From: Haplodiscus bocki
Taxonomy: Eukaryota
Length of the DNA: 64,000 nt
Assembly: GCA_965655095.1 (NCBI GenBank)
Contig: OZ296648.1
Coordinates: 164,858,001 to 164,922,000, forward strand
Direction: 5' to 3'
Made by a program: the position numbers and the translations under genes. Within the stretch, counting starts at the first letter, position 1, and every line of letters starts with the position of its first letter. Under the pieces are notes generated by a model. It made no database searches. It was not told the DNA's origin and saw nothing but the letters and a program-made list of their open reading frames with translations. Shown here piece by piece: positions 49,714 through 61,382 of the stretch.

Positions 49714-52700
49714 GATAGATTGAACATACAACAACGGATTTTAAAAGAAGAAACAAAACTCAATTTTGAGAGAAAAGGCTGTCGGTTGAGATCTTGATGG
49801 AAGAATTCAAGCCAATGTAAGAAACCAAAGACTTTTCAGTATAAAATTCCTGTAGTAATACTAAAGCGTTCATTCAGCATTCAGATACTGATACCAGATA
49901 TAATAACTGTAGTCTTCGAGAAGGACGAGTTCGAGTTTCGAAACGAGTCTGAAGTAAAGTCACTTTTGCCACTACTGGCCTATCAGGATTGCACTGCCGA
50001 TGTAGAATAATATTTTGAGATGCTTATTTAGGAACAGTTTGCTTCAGTTATGAAGCTATCGAGATTTACACCACGATGGAAAAATGAATTAGATAGATTT
50101 GATGAAGTAAAATTTTGAAAATCGAGTTGTGTCAAGGCTAAAAACCAATTCTGGCAAATCTGGTCCTTCAAGACTCCACAGAGGGGTACAAATTCAACGA
50201 TTGTCGAATAAAGTTTCCAAACTCAAGTAGGATGCAATACGTTGAGTTTTTGAGAGAAGATATTAAGTTAGTAGTTATGGGGAAACCTGGGTTTGCAACT
50301 CGGATGACTGCATATTGAAAAATATTCCTTTACTTTTTTGGACTATTAGAAGTCAATCGCAAGGAAAATAAAAGATAGTTATTGGTGGTAATTCTTCTTA
50401 AAAGTGGAAATCCTTTAACTGTGACGTTGGTGGAAGAAATGAGGCCTGTAGTTGGAGTCAAAGATGACTTTGCATACCGAGATAAATCAAAAGTATTAGC
50501 TAAGTTTGGAAATTTCGGTTTATCAGGATTATGATGCGAGGAAAAACACCATCGGTTTCGTTTGTCAATAGGTTGCCACAAGTTTCAAGTTGTCGGCAGA
50601 GACGAAGATGGAAGATACAAAGCCTCTAGTTATGGGGAATTGAGAGTTTCAAAATGGAGATGACACATTTTAATTAGCATTTTTTGAATGGAGCATAAAG
50701 ATTCCAATGCAAGGACCAAAATCGTCAAATTTTTCATCGAGATGCTTCAACTACTAACAATTTTTAACTAAGATATAGGAAATGAAGTCTGTAGTAACGG
50801 ATGGCACAAAAGGATAGGATTGATTATCGAGTAAACCTATTTTTAGGAGTTTAATTGGGAAATTCCGGATTATTGGAATTCTGATGCAACAAGCAAAAAC
50901 CACGGTTTTTTACCTCCGTACTCCTTAACAAATGTTATATTTAGTCGTCGTCCGATCACAATAGTTGGATTGTGTTTTAAGCAATCATTGGTTTTGTGTA
51001 TGAGCCCAGAAGGAGTTTCAATGGAAAGAATAATATTAATGTATTTCACGGCACTTTCAGCTTCTCTAAAGAGGAACGAAGTTAAAAAACGCAGACTGTT
51101 CACTAAAAAACCTCTACTGAAAATCTAATTGAATTGCCTTAAAGCACATGAAAGCCAAACAGTTCCCGGACTTGTTCATTTGTGGGAAGAAAATAAAAAG
51201 CACGTTTATTATTTGGTTTATCCTGGAATAATCCATAGTAAACTACCAAATATTTACCGTGACTGAGGTCAAAAAATTCTTGAGTTCTCATGTTAATAAC
51301 TTAAAGATGTGTTTAAGCTAACTATAACAAAAGACGCAATCATACTCCGTTTTTTTGTCAATGTGGTACAGAAAGGATAGATTGAACATAAAACAATCGA
51401 TTTGAAAAAGATACCCTTTTTTGAGAGAAAAAAGTTGACTATGGAGATCTTGATGGAAGTATTCCAGACAATTTACGGATTAAAATGAGATTTTTTTCCA
51501 GTAAAAACGTCATGTAGTAGTATGAAAGCGTAAGTTCCGGACTTGATACAAAAATTCAAAGCTGTAGTTTTTGAGAAGGTTCAGTTGGAATTTCGAGATA
51601 TGTCTTAACTAAAATCACTTTCGCGACTTCCGTCCTTCAGGATTCCACTTCCAAGAATGGGATCAAATATTGAAAATTTTGGCAACGAACAGTCCGCTTC
51701 AGGTATATAGCTATCGAGGTTGACACCCTGATGTACGAAAATGAAATAGGTAGAGTTGAAGAAGTATAAGTTTGAATACCGAGGTGTGTCAAGACTAAAA
51801 GCATTTTGTGGCATATCTGGTCCATCAAGATTCCACAGAGGGGTACAAATTCAATGATTTCTAAATCAAACATTCTAAGTCAAGTAGGAGAAAATACAAT
51901 GAGACTTTGAAGGAAGACATCAGATTGGCAGTTATGGGAAACCCGGGTTAGAAAATTGAGAAGACTCTAGGGTGGAAAAAAATCTTGACATTTTTGGACT
52001 GTCAGAACTCAATCGCAAGAAACGGAAAGGATTTTTGTTCCAACTACTACTCCTAAAACAAGCAAGCACTCTGATTGCAACCTTGGTTGAAGAAATGAAG
52101 CTTGTAAAAACCGACAATAATGACTTTGAATGCCGAGATAAACCAAAATTAGTAGCATATTTTGGAATTTTCGGACCATCAAGATTCTCATACGAGGAAG
52201 AAAATCAATGAGTCGATCTGTCAATCAAAGTCAACAAGTTTCGTGGTGTTTTCGGCAGAGACCAAGATGGTAGACAGAAAGCCTTTAGTTACGGAGAATT
52301 TAGAATTTCAATTTCGAGATGAAATTTTCAAAATTAGCAGTTATCGGAATCTTGTGAGGTTGGCATTCCAATGCAGGGAGAAAAAACAACAACCTTACCT
52401 TCGATAATGTTTTCACAACTGAAAGGCTTTTCATTGAGATTTTGATAGATGAAATGAAGCCTGTAGTTATGGGTGAAGAAAGAGGATGAGTTAGAAAGTC
52501 GAGACAAAAAATTTGACGGAAGGTCTTTTTGGAAACTTTGTACTACAAGGATTTTGATGCAACGAACAAAATCAAAAGTTTTCACCTCAAAAGTTCTGTA
52601 CAATTGTTATGTTTTAGACTGAGTTCAAGACTGAGGAATGCGAAATTTTAGAGGCTGAAGAACACAAGTTTAAAAATTCTGCGAAATAAAAAAGTAGCAC

Positions 52701-53500
52701 TTCTCGGAAGTTTCGGAATGTCAAGACACTGTTTCCAGGAACACAAATCGACAATTCTCCCATCAAAAATTTCTTCTCAACTAAAGTTTTTTCGATGCCA
52801 ACCCTTATCGAAGAGATAAAGCTTGTGATTTTGGTGAAATATGACTTTGAATTTTGGGAAAATTTTTTATTCAGATGTTTTCTGTAGATTTTTCGAACTA
52901 TCAGAAAACTGGTGGAAGAGAGGAAAATTTTGATGCTTTTAGTTGAATTTTCGTCTACAAATGCTTGGTTTTCGATTGAAAATTTTATCGAGGAAACCGA
53001 ACTGGTGGTGGCTTAGAAATGAAAGTCTTAAAATTGGGCGAAATCGAAACAAATAGCAATACTTTGGATTATGTTGACCGCCACGAATCCGATGCATGAG
53101 GCAAGACTAAGGCGTTGTTGAATGAATTCTACTCCACAAACGGAAAGTTTTTGATGGAGAATTTGGTTTGAAGAATCGTACCTTTAGTTACTGAGAAACA
53201 GGAGTTTGATTATCGAAACATATAATTACTTTTAAACCATTCTTAAAGTTTCTGACTGTCGGGATTACCAAAGAAGATCACAAATTATGGTTTTTTAATC
53301 ATCTAATAAAATCATAATTTTGATTCGGACCTTGATGGAACAAACTAGAAATATAGTTGTTGAGAATTAAGTGTTTATATAACGATAAAAATCATTGCTT
53401 TTCATAAATTTTGGTTTCCAGGATTCTGATGCGAGGAACAAAAACCGATGTTTGTCTACTGAAACAATTCACAACGAGTGGAAACTATCCAATAAAGACC
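49714..53500 (+). repeat. Degenerate ~180-bp satellite, family A, with a ~1.66-kb internal duplication
   Basis: aagcct-like anchors at 50442, 50620, 52098, 52279, 52457, 52819, ~53000 and 53178. Blocks at 49714/51376, 50176/51833 and 50593/52252 are duplicated. Confidence 0.78.
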
Positions 53501-53993
53501 TTGATTAGAAGTATTAACTTGTATTTTTGCCAAAAAAAATAGTTTTGAAATCAAAAAATTCAATTCCATTTGGTCCTATTGGCATTATTCCAATTTCCAT
53601 ATCACCAAACGATATGATGCAGCAGACAAAAGCTCGCAAAAAAATGCATTTTTGGTTTTGAATATTTTAGGGAAAAGGAAAGTCTAATAAACGGAAACTG
53701 GAAAAAAATTGTAGAATTGATTAATTTTATAGTTAAACATTAACAGACTTTTTGACAGACGCGTACCGTATGAATTTTTTTTCGAATTTTTCACAATTAT
53801 CAAGAAGTTTTTCTCAAAACTTGAAAAAAATTTGCAAAAGAACCGTTTGTTTCAGTTACGTGGGAAAAGGGGCAGTTTTTGAGAAAAGAAGCCCATTTAC
53901 CAAAAAACTCTAAATTTTTGTCAAAAAAACCCTGTTTTTGTTTTTAAAAAATAAAAACGTAATAACGAGTATCTAAAAAAACATGAGAATTAT

Positions 53994-54070
53994 GTTCTAT
54001 GGCGGGATTTGAACCCGCTACCTCCAGCTTCCGAACGGCGGTGACACCCGACACTTGTATTATACAAGAC
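53994..54070 (-). mobile_element. tRNA-like/SINE head (degenerate; not a functional tRNA)
   Basis: Perfect T-arm gcggg-TTCAAAT-cccgc; weak acceptor and anticodon arms. Related fragment at ~15164-15185. Confidence 0.5.
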
Positions 54071-54327
54071 ACCAACTCCACAGATTTGAATTCTGCGCGT
54101 CATGGGCATTTTCAGCAAAGGGAAAAAAACGCCGACTGCTATATTGAACAATTTCTTTCCGCAAAAACTTTTCAACAGAAAGTAACAATAACGTTGTGAG
54201 AAACTGCTAGTTCAAAACTTCTTCTGTTTTTTAATGTTCTGATTTTTGGCGGAAAAATTTTTGTAAACATCGAAGACAAATACTATTTTCGTCATTCGCC
54301 ACTTGTTTTATATTATACAAGTTATTA

Positions 54328-55029
54328 CAGTGGAACTCACTTAATAACACATCGGATAATAGCACACACCGGTTAATAACTACATTATTTACATGTCCGG
54401 TCCACCGTGTTAAGTGGATAACCCTGCTTAATAGCACACCGGTTAATACCAAAACTCGGTTATAAACATCAACTTTTGCTATTGAATTGGTTGTTTACAT
54501 TCCGTAATAGTCGCATTCTGATTGGTCAGTTTTGCACGGATTAAAGCTGATGTGTGAAACATGTGTATGCACGCCGTAATACTTGGACGTCGATTACGAT
54601 TTACAACCTCATGCTTTTCTCAGCGAAACTGAGTTGCTTGCAGAAGTTCAGCCAAATGCTAATGCTGAATCATCAGATGATGAAGCGTCTGACGGACACA
54701 TTGACCTTTTAGTTCAACCACCAAGCATTGCTGAAGGACTAAAAATGATTGAGAGACTGCGATCAATATTTCCGAATGACAATATTGCTCAGGTGTCCTT
54801 AGACAACGTCCAAGTGCAGTTAGAGAAGAGGCAGGCCAAGGTTCAAGTTAAAATCACTGATTTTTTCCACGTACAAGTGTATAAGTAACGTATAGTTCAT
54901 AATTCAAGTTTATGTTTGACTATTTTTTTCTTAATTTTACTAATTTTTAAGACTCGGTTAATAGCACACATCGGTTAATAACACAAAAACTCAATGCACC
55001 AGCGATGTGTTATTATCCGAGTTCCACTG
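54328..55029 (+). mobile_element. pogo/Tigger-type (Tc1/mariner superfamily) internal-deletion derivative
   Basis: 27-bp TIRs cagtggaactc...taataacacatcg with 3 mismatches; TA TSD on both sides; subterminal cggttaata repeats. Confidence 0.92.
54583..54888 (+). pseudogene. C-terminal tail of pogo/Tigger transposase
   Basis: Acidic linker, then PPSIAEGLKMIERLR helix and a terminal QVKITDFF (PIP-box-like). No DDD core and no ATG start. Confidence 0.8.
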
Positions 55030-58000
55030 TACTTGTTTTATATGCACCAAGGGACCTGTTTTGTTCAGGTGTAGATGTGCAAGTTTTTCCTTGATGATAC
55101 TGAATTTTTTTGCTACTGAAACTTTTTTTGCCAAAAAGCAGCTTAAAATGAAAAAAACTGAAAAATTATCAGCGGGCATTTGTTACTTTGTCGCCTTTGT
55201 CATGGATCATCTGGCGTGGGTTGTCCACAAATGCTATATTGTCGGCAAGGCAAAAATTTTTAAGATAGCGGTTTCTACCCCGAAACTATTCGACTCTTTT
55301 GACTGGAGTTTCGGCGGAACTTTTTGGGCAAAAAAGCGTGGACCTCATCGTCTAAGACTTTGGTGGGCTTGAGTCATTCATTACTTGACTATGGGAGGAC
55401 CAACAGTCCAAAACGGACGTCTCGACTTTTTCTGTTGAACAACTCGATGGGGTTCTGGCAGATATAACTGCAAAGGATGTAGAAAGCTTCAAAATTTTTC
55501 TCTTTTCATCAATGTTGACCTGTCCATTTTCCTTCCTTAGTAAATTTCCCTCAATCTTGTTTTCAAAGAGCACTTCTGAAGGAGTCAAAAAACTAGATAA
55601 GATCTTCAGTTCTTTCGGTAAACTTTTACCGCCAGAATATGTGAGCGTCAATCTTTTATCTCAGTTTTTCAAAAACATATGAACGTTGAAATGTTCTTCC
55701 AACGATTTGAAGACTCCAGCTTGAATGAGTTTTTGGAGGCGTACCCAACTGACTTGTGAAGGCAGAGTTTTTTGTGGAGGTAAAAGTCTTTTAGCTCACA
55801 ATTATGTGAAAAAATTGTGAAGTTTGATTAACACTAGAAGAGGTGATTTTCTGACTCAGATCTCCATTTTTTTGTACAAAATGCAAAACTCATCACTGAA
55901 TCAAAACACTGACAATTATATTGGGAGTTTAAATGGGTAAATTGAAATTCTTGATTTGGTGATTTCTGTACAAAAGATGCGGAAACACATTAGTTCTAAC
56001 CAAGTATTCCTTTGATTCTATGGCCTGAAGTTTCAGCATAAAATACTCTTCGTTTAAGAAAGAGCTTCTGGCAGTTGCTTTGCTCAACTATTTCCTGACT
56101 TCTGCATTTCACGAGCTCTGCGCAAAGCATTTTGCATCTGCTTTTGGCACATTTTGAAAAATAGAGAAAGTGTCCGGCGAAAAATCCCTATAATTTAAAG
56201 CCCAGCGTACCAGCCGGGATAATGTTTTCAGACTCACCTTAAGAACAATTTGGGCTACATTTTTGTAGAGAAAAATGCCGAAAACATTTCGCCTTCGTTG
56301 TATTTTTGCCGAAACAATGTGAAATTTCGAAAACTTTCCTTGCTAAGTTGGTAAGTTTGCAGCACTAGTACATCGAACAGTGACTCGATGCCCGGTACAC
56401 TGCAGAATGAGGTCTGATGATCTTGTAACTTTCCTGAGTGAATTTTGGAAATTGCAAAATTTCCCATAGTTGAAAGTTTCTCTGAAAGCAAGGTGTTTTA
56501 GACGAAAAAACGAATTTCTACACAAACGTTGTCTTGCTAGCGCTCATGGCTGCAAGTAAAGCGCAAGTGAGCTCCCACATAAAATGTTTCCTGTTTTCGC
56601 AGGTCAAAAAATTTTTTCTGTTGATTTTTGGACACTTGAATATTACTGAAAAACGCTCAATTGTGCCAAAAACACCGAAAGTTGAGCTTTGTTTTCGAGA
56701 TGCACCTGTTTTGCTTTCCTAACTCCCAAAACAACTGTCCCATGAAGTACCAGCAAAAGCTGCGTAAAAGGTTGCTAACAATTTATTATTATCCACTCAA
56801 CGGCACCTGCGGCGAATTATTTTCGGACAGTCGAGACTTATACAAAGAATGTTTGTTCTATTTTTCCAAATAGTTACCTTTTGTGTTAGCATGACGTTTT
56901 TCTAGTGAAATTTTTCGTGAGGTTACAAATGGTTCATTTTTAGACATGACTCAAATCGTTCAACGTGCTTCTGAAGCAAAGCACTCACAGTGTTTTGGTG
57001 TAGAAGTTAGAACACATGGTTTTGCTCACATGATAAAATTTTCATCTCTTCAAGTTTTGAAAAAGTTTCAAGTAGTGTTCAAGTATTCTATAAACGAGTC
57101 TTTCACTGCTGAGCAACTGGAACGCTCTGATTTTCCGCGGTTTTGAGCCTATAATTTTTTTCTTCGTGTCCTTGATTTGCGACCTTCCATCTGCGTTTCT
57201 TGACTCTGAAGATTTCATATCTGAACTTAGAGACCGGAGTCTCCCAGTTTTACTAAGGACGTAACCGGCATGGTCGTATTTGAACATATCAGAAGTTTTC
57301 GGCGTGTGGAAGTTCATCGCCTTGAAGTTGTTAGCTAAAACAATTTGAAAACGAAAAACTTCTGGACAAAGAGTCATGTTTGAATACTATCACTACTAAA
57401 TACAAACAGTGGTTGTGTATGGTTGTAGAATCGAGGCAAAATCCAAATTTCTGAAAGCCCGAATTTGGAAAAAATGAATAGTTTCCAACTTTCTTTTAGC
57501 TCAATTCTACTGAACTGTTATTTGAGTAATTTTATCGAAGAAAGTTGAAAACCTTTGTTTTTGGGCGTTCTTATCTGTACTAGCGTTTTCAAATGACTTC
57601 GTTGATTTGAAGCAATGTTGAATTGACTCTATAAAAAGTCACACAATGAAATCTGTCGGTTGAAGTTCTATCATACTGCGTTGTTTTTTGCAGTTTTTAC
57701 TTGAAAAAATTGATAATTTTTGTTTTTGAAGAATTTTTGGTCCCTCGGGTTTCCATTTTGCTGGTTTGCTTCTATGCAAATGTTTGAAAATTCAAAAACG
57801 TCGGTTTAGATTCTGCTTTTTGCGAGCCTATTGCCAAACTCTTTGAGCCTATGGCTTTTTGTTGTGATGATTTGGAAATCCTATATTTTAACGCTTTTAT
57901 CTCAAAACATGTTCGACCCACCAGAACAATTTTTCACAGCTCTCGGCGCAACCCTCAGAGAAAATTTTTAGCCCAAAAAATTTACGAAATTCCCACCAAC

Positions 58001-59182
58001 ATGGTTTTTTCGCGGATAGAGTTTGAGTTTTAGGTGGAATTATTGTACATTGAGAAACGTAAACAGTTCCTGTAAATTTTTAATCCCATCTTTTGGCGCG
58101 AAATATGATGATGCTGATTTTGTTCCAATGCATGGATTTTTCCATTTCATACAACATGTCGGAATTTTCGAAAAATGTTTTCTTTGGTAGCAATCGGGCT
58201 TTTTAGTTTCCAACTCTCAACTATGGCACTTTAGAGCCTGGAAGAGGTTTCCATCGGCAAGCCTGATTCAACTTTTTCCATAAATCTTCCACGGGTACTA
58301 CAGCAAGTCTTAGTTTTGTTTTGGGGAAAAAATGAACTATTTTCTGAACTCACTGTTTTTTTCGCCGGAAAAGTTTTCATTTTTTGGCCTTTTTTGTCAA
58401 ATATGACGCTCTAAAGCCTCGAAAGCATTTTAAAGCCGTCTCATTGAGCTCGAGTTTTTAGCTGCGTTGTGTGATTTTGAGTTGGAATTAATTGATGGTT
58501 TTTCTGCAAGTTTTTTTCTACTTTAAATCTATGGTTGAGCTCTTTTTTTCTCTCGTTTATCAAAGTTTTGGAACGTAGATTTGTGTTTTTTTTGTTTTAG
58601 CTAACAACATTACCCAAGGCAATGCCAATAGCATCATAGGTTTTTTGTGTTTCAAAACACTTGCACAGCGCTGGAAATTCTCAAAAAAACAACTAATTCA
58701 GAGGAATCTTGTGAAAGGAACTAAAAATGTCATATTACCCTCATCTAAATCTAAAATTAACCAGCGAAAGTTTCGCTCTTCTCGAGATACTCAAGTACTT
58801 TTTCGCTCTTTCTCAGATAAATTTTTGCACTCTCACTGCGAAACAACGTTATGCGAAAAATTTCCTGCTCAAAGTAGCTGATAAAATTGTGCTGAAAAGC
58901 GTTTCTTTCATTGTAGTGCCTTCATTGCGATATCAGAGGAAGAAAGAGTCTTTTCAAGGCGTCTCTTGACTTTCAACGGACATGTGTTTGGCTTTTTAGG
59001 TATGTTTGGTTGGCGAGTTTTCCAACAATTTCGTTGGCAGCTAAATTATCAAATTTTTGTAACTGCGCCTTTTGTAATTTTTTCATTCATTGCCAGTTTT
59101 CTAGCTCTGAAGACACAGAGGATATGTTTTTGGGCTTTATCAGATTGTTCTTCGCGGCGTTAGTTTTCAGTGGAAATTCAAA

Positions 59183-59677
59183 CAAGACGGCCGGCTACCA
59201 GCGGCATACTTTCCACCCTCCAATTTTGTTGAAGATGCCTTTTAAAAGGATAAAAACGTTTTTTTTTTTAAAAAAAAATTCTTCATATATTTTCTAATTT
59301 TTCCAATTTTTTATTTTTTTTGCGACAAAACATCACGGTTAAGGTGGAAAGGAAGTTTTTGAGAAATTTTATCATTAGATACGCATTCTACAGCAAATTT
59401 TCTACCTTGACCGATTTTGAAAAAATTCAATTATTTTTCGAAAAAGCCATCGTTTTTTTTCAGAAAAAACCCAATATTCCTAAGTTTTGAGAAATCTTAA
59501 TTTTTCAATCGCATTCTACGGCAAATTTGATATAATTTGCCAATCAAAATTTTCCACTGTCAGAACTGTCATTTTCGTCATCATTTTGCCGGACACTGAC
59601 ATTCGGACATCATCAATTGGCAAAAACTTGAAAAAAAAACGTCGCTTTGGGTGGATGATTTTCCGTCCATATTATGA
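59183..59677 (-). mobile_element. Non-autonomous Helitron/Helentron-like repeat, copy 2
   Basis: aa|caagacggccggctaccagcggcata is the reverse complement of the 3' end at 28950-28980; internal gcattctac..caaatt blocks are shared. Confidence 0.6.
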
Positions 59678-60722
59678 AATTAAACGGAAAGTTTCAGTTC
59701 ACCAATATGATATTTTGACCAATCAGAGTAACGTGCCGTGCAGAATACAGCTGTTTTCCCCAGCATTTCATGTGGCCATAGGAATTAATGAACAGGCCTG
59801 TTTTTTTATGACAACATTAATGAATCATCAATGATACCAATGTGTTCTCGAAGGGGGAAGCGATCATAGGAGATATTTCTTTCGAGCCGAAGGAATTGAT
59901 AAATTGAGTTCCTGGACGATCTCATCTCAAGAATGTTTTCGGGATTTTTATTTTAAATGCACTGTAAATGTGTAGCGTCAGTTCAAAAAATGTGTTCTCT
60001 TTGAGTTAATTTGAAAGTGTTTTTTGAGTGTTTTGCTTGAAGGCCTTGAGCTAGATTCCTCTGTCCGTATGTTTTTTGACCTCCATTATTTTTTGACCGC
60101 GTTTTGTGTAGTTCATTGCAATTGTACCACCTCTTTTATTAACTTCCCAAACCTTTAAGGACACACGCCTGAAATATTTTCAGCCTCATGGCAATCGCCA
60201 CTGACGCGTTTTGAGCTGGTTGCCTTTTCTGATTGATTTGTCCATTGGTAGGAATTTTTTAGTTTAGTAAATAGAATGCACTTCTTGCAACATTTTCCGA
60301 ATTTGGGTCCAACTGTAGTCGCTAATTTTACCATTTTTTTGCAAAATCTTAACTAAGATTTTTTCATTCGTGCCGATTTTACACCTATACCATGTCTGGA
60401 ATTTCTAGGAAACTTTAAATGTCTGTGATTGTACCACCTAATTCTGGCGCTACGATGTAACAAACAAAACTCAAAACATGTGTGAACATTTCAAGGTGCG
60501 CCTACGTAGACTGGGTGCATTTTGAGTTAGCTGTCCTAATTTTGCGGTTCTATAACTAGAATACAGTTTTCGCACCATTTGTACACATGTTTTCATCATA
60601 TAGCATTTTGATCCTAGAGATACTCATTCATAACAACTGATGATGAAATGCAGTTTTTAGAGTTAGAAGTGCCTCAAATTTGGTATTACCAAAAACAAAA
60701 GAATTCCACTTCGTTCTACCTT

Positions 60723-60724
60723 TC

Positions 60725-60797
<73 letters not shown>
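60723..60797. repeat. (CT)n microsatellite
   Basis: Direct reading. Confidence 0.97.
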
Positions 60798-60798
<1 letters not shown>

Positions 60799-61382
60799 CT
60801 CTTCTCTTTTTCTCTTTCTCTTTACTGCATGACATTCGTAATATTTTCTGTTTTCTAGTTGAAAAAAAACAATTACACCGAAGTTGTCTTTTCCATTAAC
60901 CTACCTCCACATTTTCCACAGATTTTTTTCTCTCTTTTTCTGTTCACGTGCTGTATAAATTGACTGCCGCTGCAGATTTTTTCCATTCCCATGGCAGGGA
61001 CTGCAGCGTATGTGTGTTATAGTGGAAAAAGTACCTCCATGTCATTCTACCTGAACACACAGAAGGCTTTACATCACGTATTAGTCTATACACTCTTCTA
61101 GCTCTGTTACCGCAATAAGTATTTGCTGTTCTATATATTCCTCATATAATTTTACCATTACTATACCAAGCCACGTGACATTTTTGGTACATGAGCTCAT
61201 CTTGTAGTATAACATTGCTTCAACATTCTTGGGCTCGCTGGTTGTTGCAAAAAAAACGTTATCTCTACTGATTTCATCAATTAAATAATACCCCTTAAAA
61301 TGTACTTTTAAAATGCCAATAGCTTTAAAGTAACCCTGAATTGGTACGCGCAAACTGATATCACAATTTTGAAAGAGCTGTA

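Noticed and set aside
51941-51950. Additional CCCGGG sites (also ~15434 and ~25525) as transposon ends
   Set aside because: No TIR continuation, subterminal arrays or partner ends; they sit inside other sequences.
53994-54070. Functional tRNA gene
   Set aside because: Acceptor and anticodon stems do not pair properly; only the T-arm is intact.
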